Shown: positions 1 through 13,477 of the stretch, piece after piece
How the letters are laid out: the number at the start of each line of letters is the position of its first letter
Numbering within the stretch: position 1 is the first letter of the stretch
DNA from: Octopus sinensis
Lineage: Eukaryota
Reading direction: 5' to 3'
DNA length: 64,000 nt
Assembly: GCF_006345805.1 (NCBI RefSeq)
Contig: NC_043011.1
Coordinates: 26,052,464 to 26,116,463, forward strand
Notes under the pieces: generated by a model
Told to the model about the DNA's origin: nothing
Database searches by the model: none
The model's input: only the letters and a program-made list of their open reading frames with translations
Position numbers and translations under genes: made by a program

Positions 1-704
1 TTTGTTTTTGATTTTGCTGACTACACATTACAGTAGGGTCAGTTGGGCACCATCTGCGAGAAGAAAACAGCACCATGACGCAATTCAGTTTGCCAGAAAT
101 TTAGAAACAACATGCTGTACTGCTTAGCATTTGTGCCGGAAGCTCCAATACGAACATTTCAGAGTGTTTGGGTGTCAATCTGAGGACAGTGCAATCTGAG
201 AACATGTATATATATATATATATATATCCATTTAATTTGTTTTGGGCTTTATTAATTTATCATAACATATGTTTCTGCATCCCACATGTTCATCATAAGT
301 GTGGGAGTTTTTCATATTCATATGATATTATTTAAGATTATTCATAATGTCTATGAATTTCAAGTTTTCCTCCATTACAATGTGTATGCTTCTTCGGGTG
401 TTATATTTGTGCTTTGCACGAATATGAATAATCTTAAATAAAGCACTCAGCCCACTCTACAGATTGGTTGGTGTTAGGAAGGGCATCCAGCTGTAAAATC
501 CATGCCGAAACAGACACAGAAGCTGGGCCAGTTCCTGTCAAACCATTCAACCTATGCCAGCATGGAAGGAGGATGTTAAACAATGATGATAATGATGATA
601 TCTTATGAATATGAAAAATTCTTAACTTATGAACATGTGGGGTGCAAAAACATGTTGTGATACATTAATAAAGCCTGTAAATTTCCATCCAGAAGTTATT
701 ATCA

Positions 705-741
<37 letters not shown>

Positions 742-783
742 ATATATATATAAATATATACATATATATATATATATAAATAT

Positions 784-836
<53 letters not shown>

Positions 837-890
837 TATATAATATATATATAAATATAGACATATATATACATATACATATATATATAA

Positions 891-921
<31 letters not shown>

Positions 922-1065
922 AATATAGACATATATATACATATACATATATATATAGACATATATATACATATACATATATATATATATACATATACAT
1001 ATATATATATATAATATATACATATATAATATATATATATATGTATGTATGTATGTGTGTGTGTG
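705..1065. repeat. (TA)n-rich microsatellite; similar TA/CA/TAA/GTA tracts at 40640-40790, 46300-46490, 48690-48910, 49770-49880 and 55100-55450
   Basis: Direct inspection; these tracts produce the IYIY/CVCV pseudo-ORFs. Confidence 0.97.
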
Positions 1066-1325
1066 GAGGCACAATGGCCCAGTGGTTAGGGCAGCGGACT
1101 CGCGGTCGTAGGATCGTGGTTTCGATTCCCAGACCGGGCGTTGTGAGTGTTTATTGAGCAAAAACACCTAAAAGTTCCACAAGGCTCCGGCAGGAGGTGG
1201 TGATCCCTGCTGTACTCTTTCTTCTGTTGGCCTGCTCGCTTAGCCAGCGGGGTGGCGTCATTCGAAGGCTAAAACAATGCGAACGCATTGTGACCAGCAA
1301 TATGTAACAACATCTGATGGTCTGG
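1065..1325 (+). mobile_element. tRNA-derived SINE, third family
   Basis: TGGCCCAGTGG A-box and GGTTTCGATTCCC B-box followed by a non-tRNA body. Confidence 0.7.
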
Positions 1326-1334
1326 TCAGTCAAA

Positions 1335-1371
<37 letters not shown>

Positions 1372-1564
1372 CACCTGTGTCGGTGGCACATAAAATCACC
1401 CACTACACTCTCGGAGTGGTTGGCGTTAGGAAGGGCATCCAGCTGTAGAAACACTGCCAGATCTGACTGGCCTGGTGCAGCCTTCGGGCTCCCCAGACCC
1501 CAGTTGAACCGTCCAACCCATGCTAGCATGGAAAGCTGACGTTAAATGATGATGATATATAATA

Positions 1565-1600
<36 letters not shown>

Positions 1601-2149
1601 GATAAAACTTACTTGGAAATGGATGCGTGGCGTATGATCATATAATAACATAAATAATATATAAACATAGGTATATATTCATACATATATGTACATACCT
1701 ACATCTATATTTATATATACATCCATATATGGGTACAGGACACCAAAAAAACGTTGAACACAATGAGAAACGAAAACAAAAACAAAAACATGGAAACAAA
1801 CTTTTTTTCAAACAACAAAAAAACAGAGTACAAGACATACAACACAAGGAATATTCCCCTTCTTCAGTTGTCCCTGTTTCGTCTACTCCGCATTTCGAAG
1901 GTAAGGACAAGATGCGACTTCATTGAAACAGTCCTTCCCGCAAAGCAAATTAAATAAAATTTGGGATTTTTTTGTGGAGGGGTAAAAGTGGTAACAAGAA
2001 CAGGACAGTAAAAACAGTACAAATAAAAACAGTAAAAGACAGAACAAAGAGAATAACACAATAAAAACAAACGATGAGGGCTGTTAAGCCAAGATGATGG
2101 AAAAATTATTTTGAATGCATTGAGGAGACAGCTTATGAGAAGGACAGGA

Positions 2150-2400
2150 TAAGCCGTTGCCATCTCAAATACCTTTCTTTTACCTTGGAAGTCTCCTCTC
2201 AATGCAATGCAACTCTAGAGCAGGATATGGAAAACAGGATTCTTCATGCTGGCCATGTTGCTCTTAGCAGATTACAAATTCAGAAACAAAATTTTAAGTC
2301 AAGAAACCAAACTCATGGTGTATCATTTCACCATTACTGTATGGATGTAAAACATGGACCCTGAACTGTTGAAACATCAAGATATTTGAAGCAGAAACTT
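2150..2400 (+). mobile_element. RTE-like LINE fragment
   Basis: Degenerate YLGS...RI...TKLMVY...LLYGCKTWTL. Confidence 0.65.
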
Positions 2401-3249
2401 TGATCAATTGTAGTCATCAAAGGTCACAATAGTAACAAACTGTGCTCCTTGTGTGTCTGATTGGGCCTAACCCTTTTACTGCAGAATTAAATTCTTGGTT
2501 ATTCCAGTAACCATTTAGCAATCAGATTTCTCTGTCAAATGTAATGCTTATATATTCGCATCTTTGAAGTAATCATACATTATCTTGTAGTCTTGAGATT
2601 TTAATGATGTGATTGTTTACTTTTAGAGTGACATTGTTTGATAAGTGTGAGAGGCCGGATCTGGCCAGGTTGCACATAGAACATGCAGAATATTTAGGCC
2701 GGATATGACCAGTTTAATTGCTAAAGGGTTAAAATCTACCAAAAAATAGAACTGGTATTTTGTACAAGTCATGTTATCTTAATAATGTTGACATATCTCA
2801 ACAGAAAATAGTCTCAAATATGGCATTTCTCAACAAAAGATAAATTGGTATATAAAACTACTTTCTGCACTTAAGGGAAATGAAATTTTGAGTAAATAGA
2901 TCTGCCTTCTAGAGTAAAAGGGTTAACATGAAGAAATTGAGATTTATGTATGTTTACATGGACAAACTTTGGTATCAACTTTGGTACAATAAAGAAACAG
3001 AACTGACATCAAAAGTCAAGAATTTATCAATAATTCACCAATAGTTTAATCTGAACAATTTAAAATTTATTTTCAGCTTACAAAATGTATTCACAATTTT
3101 TTTTTTTTAAATGTAAAACAAAAATGGTCAACAGTCAAAGAATTTCCAGAAATCCCCAACAGTACCACAACAATAATCACCACAATCATCAACAAGGGAG
3201 CCTTATATAATTACTTGATTTGCTAGAAATAGCAATCAAATTCCCTTAA

Positions 3250-3469
3250 CCCTTTAGCATTCAGATTTCTCTATCAAACGTAATACTCATTTATTCGTAT
3301 TGATATGAATTCATCATGCATTGCCTTATTGCTCTGAGATTTTGACAATGTGATTGCTTATTTTTAGAATAACATTAAAGCGTAGTGTGAGAAGCCAGAA
3401 TCTAGCTGATTTGAACATAAAGCAGGTAAAATATTTTAGATGGATATGGCTGCCTTAGATGCTAAAGGG
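3250..3469. mobile_element. piggyBac-like MITE of about 220 bp (others 2510-2728, 4990-5212, 57928-58147)
   Basis: TTAA|CCCTTTAGCA...TGCTAAAGGG|TTAA. Confidence 0.8.
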
Positions 3470-5658
3470 TTAAAGCACACACTAGTTGTTATCGAAGACT
3501 ATAGTCTTTATAGTCTTTACTCTTAGATATACAAAAAGACAGGATGGTCGTGGTTGCAATGTCTTTTTATCACAGATCTGCTCAGCCAAGGTTGACTTGG
3601 GACCAAACAACATATGTACTTCACTATTTTTTAATATTTTTTTTTATATAAAAAGAGGTGCAGACAGAACTGGTTCAGAAGTTTCTTTTGCAACCAAATG
3701 GTTCCAGGTCCATTCCTGCTGTATGGGCACATTAAATATTTCTTCCTATAGCTCTAGATTGACTAATACCATGCAGGAAATATTAAGAAAAAAAAGTCTG
3801 ACAATTTATCAAATAGAGAAAAAAAGCAAAGAGAGAGGAAGAAGTAAGAAGAATTTGAATGTAGCAAGATTTGGACTCTTGAGTGACTCATTTCTTCATG
3901 TCTTGGCCCTACTAATGTAGCCCTACAGCTATTCCCCAACCCTTACTACTACAAATAATAACAGCATTAACTGAGCACTGCCAGTATTATTTGCTCCAAA
4001 TATGTATTTAGCCACAGGTCAGCCTTGACAGGGTTGACAAACATATGATCAATGACATCATATGTCTCATTGTTTATTCAGGCATAGTGTATCTAGGATT
4101 ACATAATCCAAATGGTTCAAATGAAACAAGGTAGTGATGTAGTTTAGCTGCAGGTTAATCCTGATCAAACAGACATTCCAGCCATGACCTCACCATCTTA
4201 TATTCAGACACTGGAATATTTAGAACTATATTTGCCAATATCTTCTTCCTTCTCCTTTTTTTAAAGACATTAGGATGACTTAGGAGATAATTGACTGCTT
4301 TCTCCCACATTTTGAGTGACCATGTAGAAGCCCTCTTATTGGTTTGTGTGTAGGAAAGTCCCTACTGCAGCTGTTTAATCCTACATTAATTTTGACTGAG
4401 AAGGCATTTAATAGAAGACATCCCAGCCATGACCATCCCTTCTTTTTTTTTCATTCAAAAGTATGAATGTACTTACGACTTCTTATCTTGGATACATATG
4501 TATTCTTCCCTTTTTAAAATCAATTAGGAATATTTACAGAAAGTTTACACAGCCTTTTCTAGTTGGCCAAGTGACATTGTAGAGGCTGTAGTGTTACTGT
4601 TGTTGTTTAGCCCTAGTTTAGCCCTGATGGAAAAAAAAGCCTATGATTAAAGGTAATCCAGACATGCCCATCTTGCCTTTTTCCTCTATACAAGGAAATC
4701 AAGAACATATTAGACAAGTGACCACTATTTTTTAAGTCAATCAGATGATTTGAGAGAGATTTAGTTACTTTTTCTAGCAGATCAAGTGACCACATAAAGG
4801 CTTCCTTTCATTGACTTGAGTGTAGTGATGATGATGATATGGTTATTTTTTTTGCCATTGTTGTTTAGCTACAGGTCATCTTTGACCAAGGAGATGAACA
4901 ATCAAAGACATTCCATCCATGCCAATACCATCTTTTTCCAATATGCAAACATCCAGAATGACTTAATCCAATAAATCCTTTCAAATTAACCCTTTATCAT
5001 TCAGATGTAACACTTATTTATTTGATACTTATTTATTCACTTTGTTTTGAATTAATCATACTTTATCTCATAACTTTGAGATTTCAAGGATGTGATAGTA
5101 TATTTTTAGAATGACATTGAAGAGTAAGTGTGAGAGGCCACATATGCCCAGTTTGGACATAAAACTGGTAGAACATTTGGGCTGGATAATTACCGGTTTA
5201 AATGATAAAGGGTTAAGACAGCTTGATACAATCTGAGGAGACTTAAGTTACAATTTCTAACAGATCAAGTAACCAGACCACATAGAGATCCCCCTTCGTT
5301 GGTTTGTGCTAAGTGATGTAGTTTGTAAAAATGGTATAAGCTGGGAAAAAAATGTGAAGTTGACTTAATAGCAGAGTTATAAAATGTTCTGATTGCTTGT
5401 CACCACAGTTTAGCAGTTCATAGAAAACTGTATTTAATGGCATATAGGACATACTATTTTCCCACCAACAAATGTCTCAAAAAAATCACTTTGGGTCTTA
5501 TGTACAAAGTTGGGCTTCCCATAAGTGTTAATGCACTAAAATCTTTATCTCCTGAATATGTGCTGTTGAAATTAGAGTGCATCTAACATGCCCGTGCATC
5601 TTTAATGCTATCAAATATGAAAGTTCTAAACGGCATGACACACATTGCTTCCTTGTCA

Positions 5659-5767
5659 TCAATCAGATGATAACATTGTTGACGAGAATATCTGTTGTAA
5701 TATCTGAGGTAGTTTGTCTGTATCCATGCACACAAAAGCTCGGCCCATTGGAAGCTGTTTTGTCAAC
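5659..5767 (-). CDS. VWA8: VWA8 terminal coding exon (LTKQLPMGRAFVCMDT...QQIFSSTMLSSD*)
   Basis: tatctag acceptor, TGA at 5661-5659; matches the VWA8 C-terminus. Confidence 0.96.
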
Positions 5768-7059
5768 CTAGATAGAAAAACAATATAAAATATAAAGAAA
5801 GAATAATATTTTAAAAATTAGATGCATTTAATTTGGTCCTCTAAAGTACTTTGTCTTAACAAACAATGGTCTTTCGCACTCACATAAACATAGAAACACA
5901 CACACACATATATGAATATATAAATCTGTGTGTACGTATTTATAAATAGATAATTTTTTAAGAGATAAATAAATATTTATACATCCATAATACACACTCT
6001 TTTCCCACGCACTCATTCTACAAAAAATTTATGTACATGATGTATATAAACATATATATGTCTGTATGTATGTATACATTTGTGTGTGTGTGTGTGTATA
6101 TATATATATAATATATATATATATATATACATATATACATCTATATGTGTGTGCGTATATATATATATATCTACACACACACACAAACACACATATATAT
6201 ATAGATAAACACATCTATATACATATATATGCACACAGCACACACAGTTATTATGCTTGCAAATTAATACATGCATGCACACATACACATATATCCCTAT
6301 AGTTTTTATGAAAGAAACCATTAAATCACATGCTTCAAAAAATGAGTGTAGAAACTCTCTCTTTCTTTCTTCTTTCTTTTTTCTTTTTTCTCTCTCTATC
6401 TCTCTCACACACACATACACTCACACACAGAGGCAGAGAGAGAGAGAGAGAAGGTAATGGAGATTATGAAATGCAACATTGTATATTGTGGTATAGGTAT
6501 CCAAGCAAATGTCTCCAATTCTCAGTGGGCAGAAAGTCAGTGATCCACAGATATCAAATCAGATATCCCACATAAAAACAGAGAAGAGATTTAATTGTCT
6601 AGCTTTCTACACACACATACAGATGCACACACTTAGATATACACTCGGCTATACATCAATACATTATATACATATCTACATATATATACCATCATCATCA
6701 TCATCATCATCATTCAACATCCGCTTTCCATGCTGGCATGGGTTGGACAGTTTCATTGAGGACTGGCAAGCCAGTAGGCCACACCAGGCTCCAATCTGAT
6801 CTGGCAATGTTTCTACAGCTGGATGCCCTTCCTAATGCCAATCCCTCCGAGAGTGTAGTGGGTGCTTTTACGTGCCACCAGCACGCAGGCGAGTCAGGCA
6901 GTACTGGTGACAGCCACACTCAAATGGTGGTTTTTATGTGCCACCTGCACAGGAGCCAGTCCAGCGGCACTGCCAATGACTGCTCGAATGTTTTTTCACA
7001 TGCCACCAGACAAGTGCCAGTAAGGCAACACTGGTAACATGGCTGTTTAATTTATATAT

Positions 7060-7960
7060 GGGTGTTGTGGTGAGAGAGGTAAATGATAGAACCTTTGGTA
7101 GGGAAGCCCAAATGGTGGGAGAAAATGGAGAGAAATGACAGGTGGTGAGTCAATTGTTGTTTGTTGATGATACAACACTGGTGGCAGATTCGGAAGAGCA
7201 ACTGAGGAGACTGATGATAGAGTTGGAAGAACGTGTGAGAGGAGGAAACTGGAAGTGAATGTAGCTAAGAGTAAGGTGATGAGATGTTTGAGAGATGAAA
7301 TGGCTGGCGATGGATGGATGGATGTGAGTATAAGTGATTAGATGTTAGAGGAGGTGAGTGTTTTTAAGTATCTGGGATCACATGTGACGAGAAATGAGAT
7401 ATAGAGTGAGAGAGAAGAGTAAGATTCTTGGAGTTGTGAAAGGTATGCTGAGAGATAAAAAGGTGAGGATGAAAGCAAAAAGAGGTGTGTAGGAGGGCAT
7501 GATTGTGCTGACAATGTTCTATGGTGCAGAGATGTGGGGGCTGAGAGAGGTGGAGAGGAGGTGACTAGATGTGTTTGAAATGAGATGCTTGAGGGCTATG
7601 GTTGGTGTGACACAGATTGACAGGATGAGGAATGAGGAGGTGTGAAGGTGAGCAGGAATGAGAGAAAACTAACAACCGAAATGGATAGATGAATGTTGAG
7701 GTGGTTTGGCCACATGGAGAGGATGGATAAATAGATGGTAAGGAGGGTGATGAAGGCAGAAGTGGTAGGCAGTAGAACCAGAGGCAGACCTCAATTTATG
7801 TAGATGGATTGAGTGAGAAAAGCTTTGGTGGTTAGAGGTATTGGAGTGAGAGAGGCAAGAGAATTTATAAATGGTAAGAAACCTTGGAGAGTGTTTATGG
7901 ATGGATGAGTGAACTAAATATTGCTCAAAGGGGCACAAAACCAGCATGATGCAGCAAGGG
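7060..7960 (+). mobile_element. RTE-like LINE 3' RT remnant
   Basis: LFVDDTTLVADSEEQL, FKYLGS and YGAEMWGL-like motifs, degraded. Confidence 0.8.
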
Positions 7961-8418
7961 TAAACCAGCATATGCTGTCATGCCCCACTGCTGATAAATG
8001 GGAGTTGTGTTCTATGCCTTGACCCAAGAGATCGCTTCTTTGAGCTGAGAAATGCTTGTTGTGGCTACCCACTTCTAAAAGAATGGGGAATAGGCCTGGG
8101 TATATAATAAAATATATGTATATATACATATCATCATCATATCATTGTTTAACATCGGCTTTCCATGCTAGCATGAGTTGGATGGTTTGACTGAGGACTG
8201 GCAAGCCAGTAGGCTGCACCAGGCTCCAGTCTGATCTGGCAAGGTTTCTACAGCTGGATGCCCTTCCTAAAACCAAACACTCTGAGTGTGTAGTGGGTGC
8301 TTTTTATATTCCACCAGCATAGGAGCCAGTCAGGGGACACTGGCATCAACCACGTTCGGATGGTGCTTTTTACATGCCACTGGTACAATACACACTTATA
8401 TGTATGTATGTATGTATG

Positions 8419-8458
<40 letters not shown>

Positions 8459-8480
8459 TACAGACACACACACACATATA

Positions 8481-8521
<41 letters not shown>

Positions 8522-9135
8522 TTTTATTCGTTTCAGAAGAAATGGAAACTGTCCTAAAGGACTATAGACATGGGAGTGATATAGCAAGGACCAAAGAGAA
8601 TCGTTGTAGAAATATTCTTCGAATATTTTTGTGTCACTCTGTCCCTTTACTTTGCTTCTCTTTTAATTTCCTTTCTCTCTCTCTCTTTCTTTCTTCCTCT
8701 CTTTCCTTTCTCTCACTACCATGTGACCCGTGACAACCTAAGGCAGTGTCATTCGTTTTCGCATTGCCTTGGACTGGACCAGTTATGATTTATTATATTA
8801 GATTTATATACCTATATACATATACATGCATGTGTATGTTTGTGTCTCCTCATCTTGACATCCCATGATTGTTGTAAATGAAAGTCAAACATTTCCAGTA
8901 TTCTGCAAAATCATGTTTGCTTGGAAAAAGGTGAGAGCTGGTGACAGGAAGGGCCATAGAATATCTGCCTCACTAAACTCTATCTGACCCATTCAAGCAT
9001 GGAAAAGTGGACATTAAAGCAATGATGATGATGATGATAATGGTGATCTCAACAATAATTTCAGCTGTAATTTTTTAATATTTGAAGACAAACTAAAATT
9101 GTAATTCTTGATAATGGTAAAGAGCTTGCCCTTAC

Positions 9136-9374
9136 CTGACAGCCTGGTCTCCAAGAGATCCAATGAAAATGGCAAAAGCATTCACTTCCTTGTTTTCGGT
9201 GAGCAGTTCTGAGAACTTCCTAGCACTGATACCATACCGTTCAAAGTTGGCATCACTTAGGATGATGACAAAGTGTTCATCAGCTTCTTCTTTGGCAACC
9301 GAGTCGATAGCATGCTTCGTTGCTTCTAAAGTGTTGTCTCCGCTCAGGCAGAACTGTGAGTGCGCATGCATAGT
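9136..9374 (-). CDS. VWA8: VWA8 exon 19 (TMHAHSQFCLSGD...NAFAIFIGSLGDQAV)
   Basis: ttacag acceptor and GTAAGG donor; conserved VWA segment. Confidence 0.97.
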
Positions 9375-9878
9375 CTGTAATAGAGTAACAACAAAAAACA
9401 ACAATAATAATAATGTATGATGATAACTGGAGATCAAATGGATTAAAATGCTTTCATCCATGGGCACAGGAATGGATGTGTGGTTAAGAAATTCACTTTG
9501 CAATTACATGGTTTCATGATAAATTATTAAGGACGGAAACAGTATTAATACCAAAAAGTAATCTTTACATCCAACTTAATATAGATGTATTGTTGGAACA
9601 CCAAATACTGCATTATTAGTCTGAGAGACCCTCTCATACTCTTTATTCTCTTTTACTGTTTTACTTGTTTCAGTCATTTGACTGTGGCCATGCTGGAGCA
9701 CCGCCTTTTAGTCGAGCAAATCAACCCCAGGACTTATTCTTTGTAAGCCTAGTACTTATTGTATCGGTCTCTTTTGCCGAACCGCTAAGTTATGGGGACG
9801 TAAACACACCAGCATTGGTTGTCAAGCGATGTTGGAGGGACAAACACAGACACACAAACATATACACACACCCACACC

Positions 9879-9916
<38 letters not shown>

Positions 9917-10671
9917 TATGACGGGCTTCTTTCAGTTTCTGTCAACCAAATCCACTCACAAGGCTTTGGTTGGGCCGAGGCTATAGTAGAAGGCACTTGT
10001 CCAAGGTGCCACGCAGTGGGACTGAACCTGGAACCATGTGGTTCATAAGCAACCTACTTATCCCACAGCCACTCCTATGCCTATATACATGTTTGGGACA
10101 TAAAAGCACACACATAAATCTTAGCAGATGAAATCTCAAAAGTATGAGATAATGCATTATTAATTCAAACTAATTTGAATAAATAAGCATTACATTTTAC
10201 CAACTAATCTGAATGCTAATGGGTTAAAGGTTTTAACATAGTGTGGACTGGATGCTTTCTGGTGCAATGTAAAAAGCATCCTGTCCACACTGTGAAGTGG
10301 TTGGCATTTAGAAGGGTACTTAACTGTAAAAACCATGCCAAAACTGACCTCACCTGAGCTGGTGCCACACAAAAAGCACTCAGTTCATTCTGTGAGGTGA
10401 CTGGTGTTAGGAAGGGCATCGAGTTGTAAAAACCATGCCAAAACTGACCTCACCTATGCTGGTGCCAAACAAAAAGCACTCAGTTCATTCTGGTGTTAGG
10501 AATAGTCTTCTACCTAGCTGACTCCTGTCAAACCATCCAATCCATGCCAGCAAGGAAGGCAGACAAACAATAATGACGATGATGATCACACTAAAACAGG
10601 AAGTTGGTATCATAGAACCAGGGGCAGTTTGAAGCGGGAGGGGGGTTGTATCAAAAGGGTAAACATAATAC

Positions 10672-10770
10672 CTTTAAAACAACAAGTCTCTCTTTCTTGT
10701 TCTTCGGAGCTTGATCAGCTTTCACAAAGGGTGCGTCATAGTTCTCTCCAGAATGACCAAAGATTTCGTA
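10672..10770 (-). CDS. VWA8: VWA8 exon 18 (YEIFGHSGENY...KERLVVLK)
   Basis: ttacag acceptor and GTATTA donor; GHSG motif. Confidence 0.96.
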
Positions 10771-10963
10771 CTGTAAACAGTAAAATACAAAGATTCAGTT
10801 CAACAAATGTTGATAGATTTTAGTGATTGAGCATATTTAAATGTATCAGCTGGTTAATAATTAAATGGAGTATTTCAAGAGATACATGTTACAAAGATAT
10901 TTGAGTATATGTAGAGGAAAATATACACAATTATAAGCTACTATAATACACACACCCACACAC

Positions 10964-11209
10964 ATTGTTATAATTGGGAATGGTCATATTTTGCCAATTA
11001 AACGCATGCACTATATTTTTTTTTTTTGTCTTCACTTCAAATTATTATTACCATTATAGTTTCTCTGTCAAAGGCCTTTTGTCACACATCCTGTGACCTC
11101 TTCAGTGACTCTCTAACCTATATGTCTCCGCTTAGTCCACAGGTGGGATAAAGAGCTGCTGAAGAGGCCACAGGGTGTGTAATGAAAGAGCTTTTGACAA
11201 AGAAACTAA

Positions 11210-11242
<33 letters not shown>

Positions 11243-11314
11243 GCTGAAGTGAAGACCAAATATACAGTGTGTGTGTTTGATTGGCAAAATATGACCGTCC
11301 CTAAGTATAACAAT
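10964..11314. mobile_element. Foldback MITE-like element
   Basis: Imperfect inverted arms over most of its length. Confidence 0.7.
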
Positions 11315-11337
11315 ATCTATTTCAACAAACAATCTTG

Positions 11338-11373
<36 letters not shown>

Positions 11374-11637
11374 CAATTAAGGACAACTACTTAATAAGGA
11401 AAACTTAACAAGAAATTGTCAGGTAGATAGCGTAAAAACCTCATAAGAGAAAAAATTTCGAAAATAATTATTTCTTATTGAACATATTAATTTATATATA
11501 GAGGGCATTATACATACATGCCAGGAGGCATTCTACATACACGCCATACGCTAAGAGGGACAATCAGTCATTTCTACCAAAAATATTACTAATCCCACCG
11601 AATGCAATTTTTCAAAGAAAGACATTTAAAAATATAT

Positions 11638-11685
11638 AGACCTGTATCACAGTGATTTCATACTTACGTAATCATCAGCAGGCCT
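11638..11685 (-). ncRNA. Type I hammerhead ribozyme motif, family 1, copy 1
   Basis: aggccug CUGAUGA uuac-guaa-guau GAAA ucac-u-guga UA^ caggucu: 7-bp helix I (one G-U), intact core, palindromic helix III, AUA triplet; the 10.1-11.1 pair is U-U. Confidence 0.75.
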
Positions 11686-12119
11686 GAATATACTATAAAT
11701 AAACAACGACCCCGCCTCGCTTAAGCCGATCAGCTAACTGATCAACATCAACGAAGCACATGGGTGGGCTTTATATATACTATATCCGGATGAATGGCAA
11801 ACTTTTACGAATTGCATTTCGGGAGAGGAAAAGTTTTTTCGGAATAAAAATTTAGCAATTAAGGACAACTACTTAATAAGGAAAACTTAACAAGAAATTG
11901 TCAGGTAGATAGCGTAAAAACCTCATAAGAGAAAAAATTTCGAAAATAATTATTTCTTATTGAACATATTAATTTATATATAGAGGGCATTATACATACA
12001 TGCCAGGAGGCATTCTACATACACGCCATACGCTAAGAGGGACAATCAGTCATTTCTACCAAAAATATTACTAATCCCACCGAATGCAATTTTTCAAAGA
12101 AAGACATTTAAAAATATAT

Positions 12120-12167
12120 AGACCTGTATCACAGTGATTTCATACTTACGTAATCATCAGCAGGCCT
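12120..12167 (-). ncRNA. Type I hammerhead ribozyme motif, family 1, copy 2
   Basis: Identical to copy 1, offset by 482 bp. Confidence 0.75.
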
Positions 12168-13034
12168 GAATATACTATAAATAAACAACGACCCCGCCTC
12201 GCTTAAGCCGATCAGCTAACTGATCAACATCAACGAAGCACATGGGTGGGTTTATATATACTATATCCGGATGAATGGCAAACTTTTACGAATTGCATTT
12301 CGGGAGAGGAAAAGTTTTTTCGGAATAAAAATTTAGCAATTAAGGACAACTACTTAATAAGGAAAACTTAACAAGAAATTGTCAGGTAGATAGCGTAAAA
12401 ACCTCATAAGAGAAAAAATTTCGAAAATAATTATTTCTTATTGAACATATTAATTTATATATAGAGGGCATTATACATACATGCCAGGAGGCATTCTACA
12501 TACACGCCATACGCTAAGAGGGACAATCAGTCATTTCTACCAAAAATATTACTAATCCCACCGAATGCAATTTTTCAAAGAAAGACATTTAAAAATATAT
12601 AGACCTGTATCACAGTGATTTCATACTTACGTAATTAGTAATGGGATTAGTAATATTTTTGGTAGAAATGACTGATTGTCCCTCTTAGCGTATGGCGTGT
12701 ATGTAGAATGCCTCCTGGCATGTATGTATAATGCCCTCTATATATAAATTAATATGTTCAATAAGAAATAATTATTTTCGAAATTTTTTCTCTTATGAGG
12801 TTTTTACGCTATCTACCTGACAATTTCTTGTTAAGTTTTCCTTATTAAGTAGTTGTCCTTAATTGCTAAATTTTTATTCCGAAAAAACTTTTCCTCTCCC
12901 GAAATGCAATTCGTAAAAGTTTGCCATTCATCCGGATATAGTATATATAAACCCACCCATGTGCTTCGTTGATGTTGATTAGTTAGCTGATCGGCTTAAG
13001 CGAGGCGGGGTCGTTGTTTATTTATAGTATATTC

Positions 13035-13082
13035 AGGCCTGCTGATGATTACGTAAGTATGAAATCACTGTGATACAGGTCT
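13035..13082 (+). ncRNA. Type I hammerhead ribozyme motif, family 1, inverted copy
   Basis: Exact reverse complement of 12120-12167. Confidence 0.75.
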
Positions 13083-13248
13083 ATATATTTTTAAATGTCT
13101 TTCTTTGAAAAATTGCATTCGGTGGGATTAGTAATATTTTTGGTAGAAATGACTGATTGTCCCTCTTAGCGTATGGCGTGTATGTAGAATGCCTCCTGGC
13201 ATGTATGTATAATGCCCTCTATATAAATATATATATATATATATATAC

Positions 13249-13337
<89 letters not shown>

Positions 13338-13408
13338 GAAAACAAAAGAATGAGACCTCAATATTAGGTAAATAGAGGAATTTATAGTTTAGGACAATCA
13401 GTAAGTCA

Positions 13409-13477
13409 TCATAATAGGACTCAGAGTTTCAAATGCCGGAGCTAAGAGCTACGATGCATTCTCATCAGCTATTATGA
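13409..13477 (-). ncRNA. Type I hammerhead ribozyme motif, family 2, copy 1
   Basis: ucauaauag CUGAUGA gaaugc..gcauuu GAAA cuc-u-gag UC^ cuauuauga: perfect 9-bp helix I, intact core, GUC triplet, palindromic helix III. Confidence 0.85.

Larger units (their letters stand above)
11371..13225. repeat. 482-bp tandem array (about 2.6 copies, 11371-12635) plus inverted arm (12642-13225), flanked by (TA)n
   Basis: Units start at 11371, 11853 and 12334 and are near-identical; the inverted arm pairs with 11977-12560. Confidence 0.95.

Noticed and set aside
1065-1140. Possible tRNA gene
   Set aside because: A and B boxes are present, but I could not fold a complete cloverleaf and the sequence continues into a SINE body.
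629-1167. Long I/Y, C/V, T/H and poly-N/I/S ORFs here and throughout the track
   Set aside because: They are translations of microsatellites, with no splice or homology support.
1850-1935. Hammerhead-like words on the minus strand (CAATGAA..gtc/gac..GAAAC and CTGAAGA)
   Set aside because: Order and helices do not give a valid fold or an NUH triplet; at most a decayed pLTR.
4900-5658. VWA8 polyadenylation site
   Set aside because: Several AATAAA/ATTAAA hexamers occur on the minus strand, some inside a MITE; none can be chosen without RNA data.
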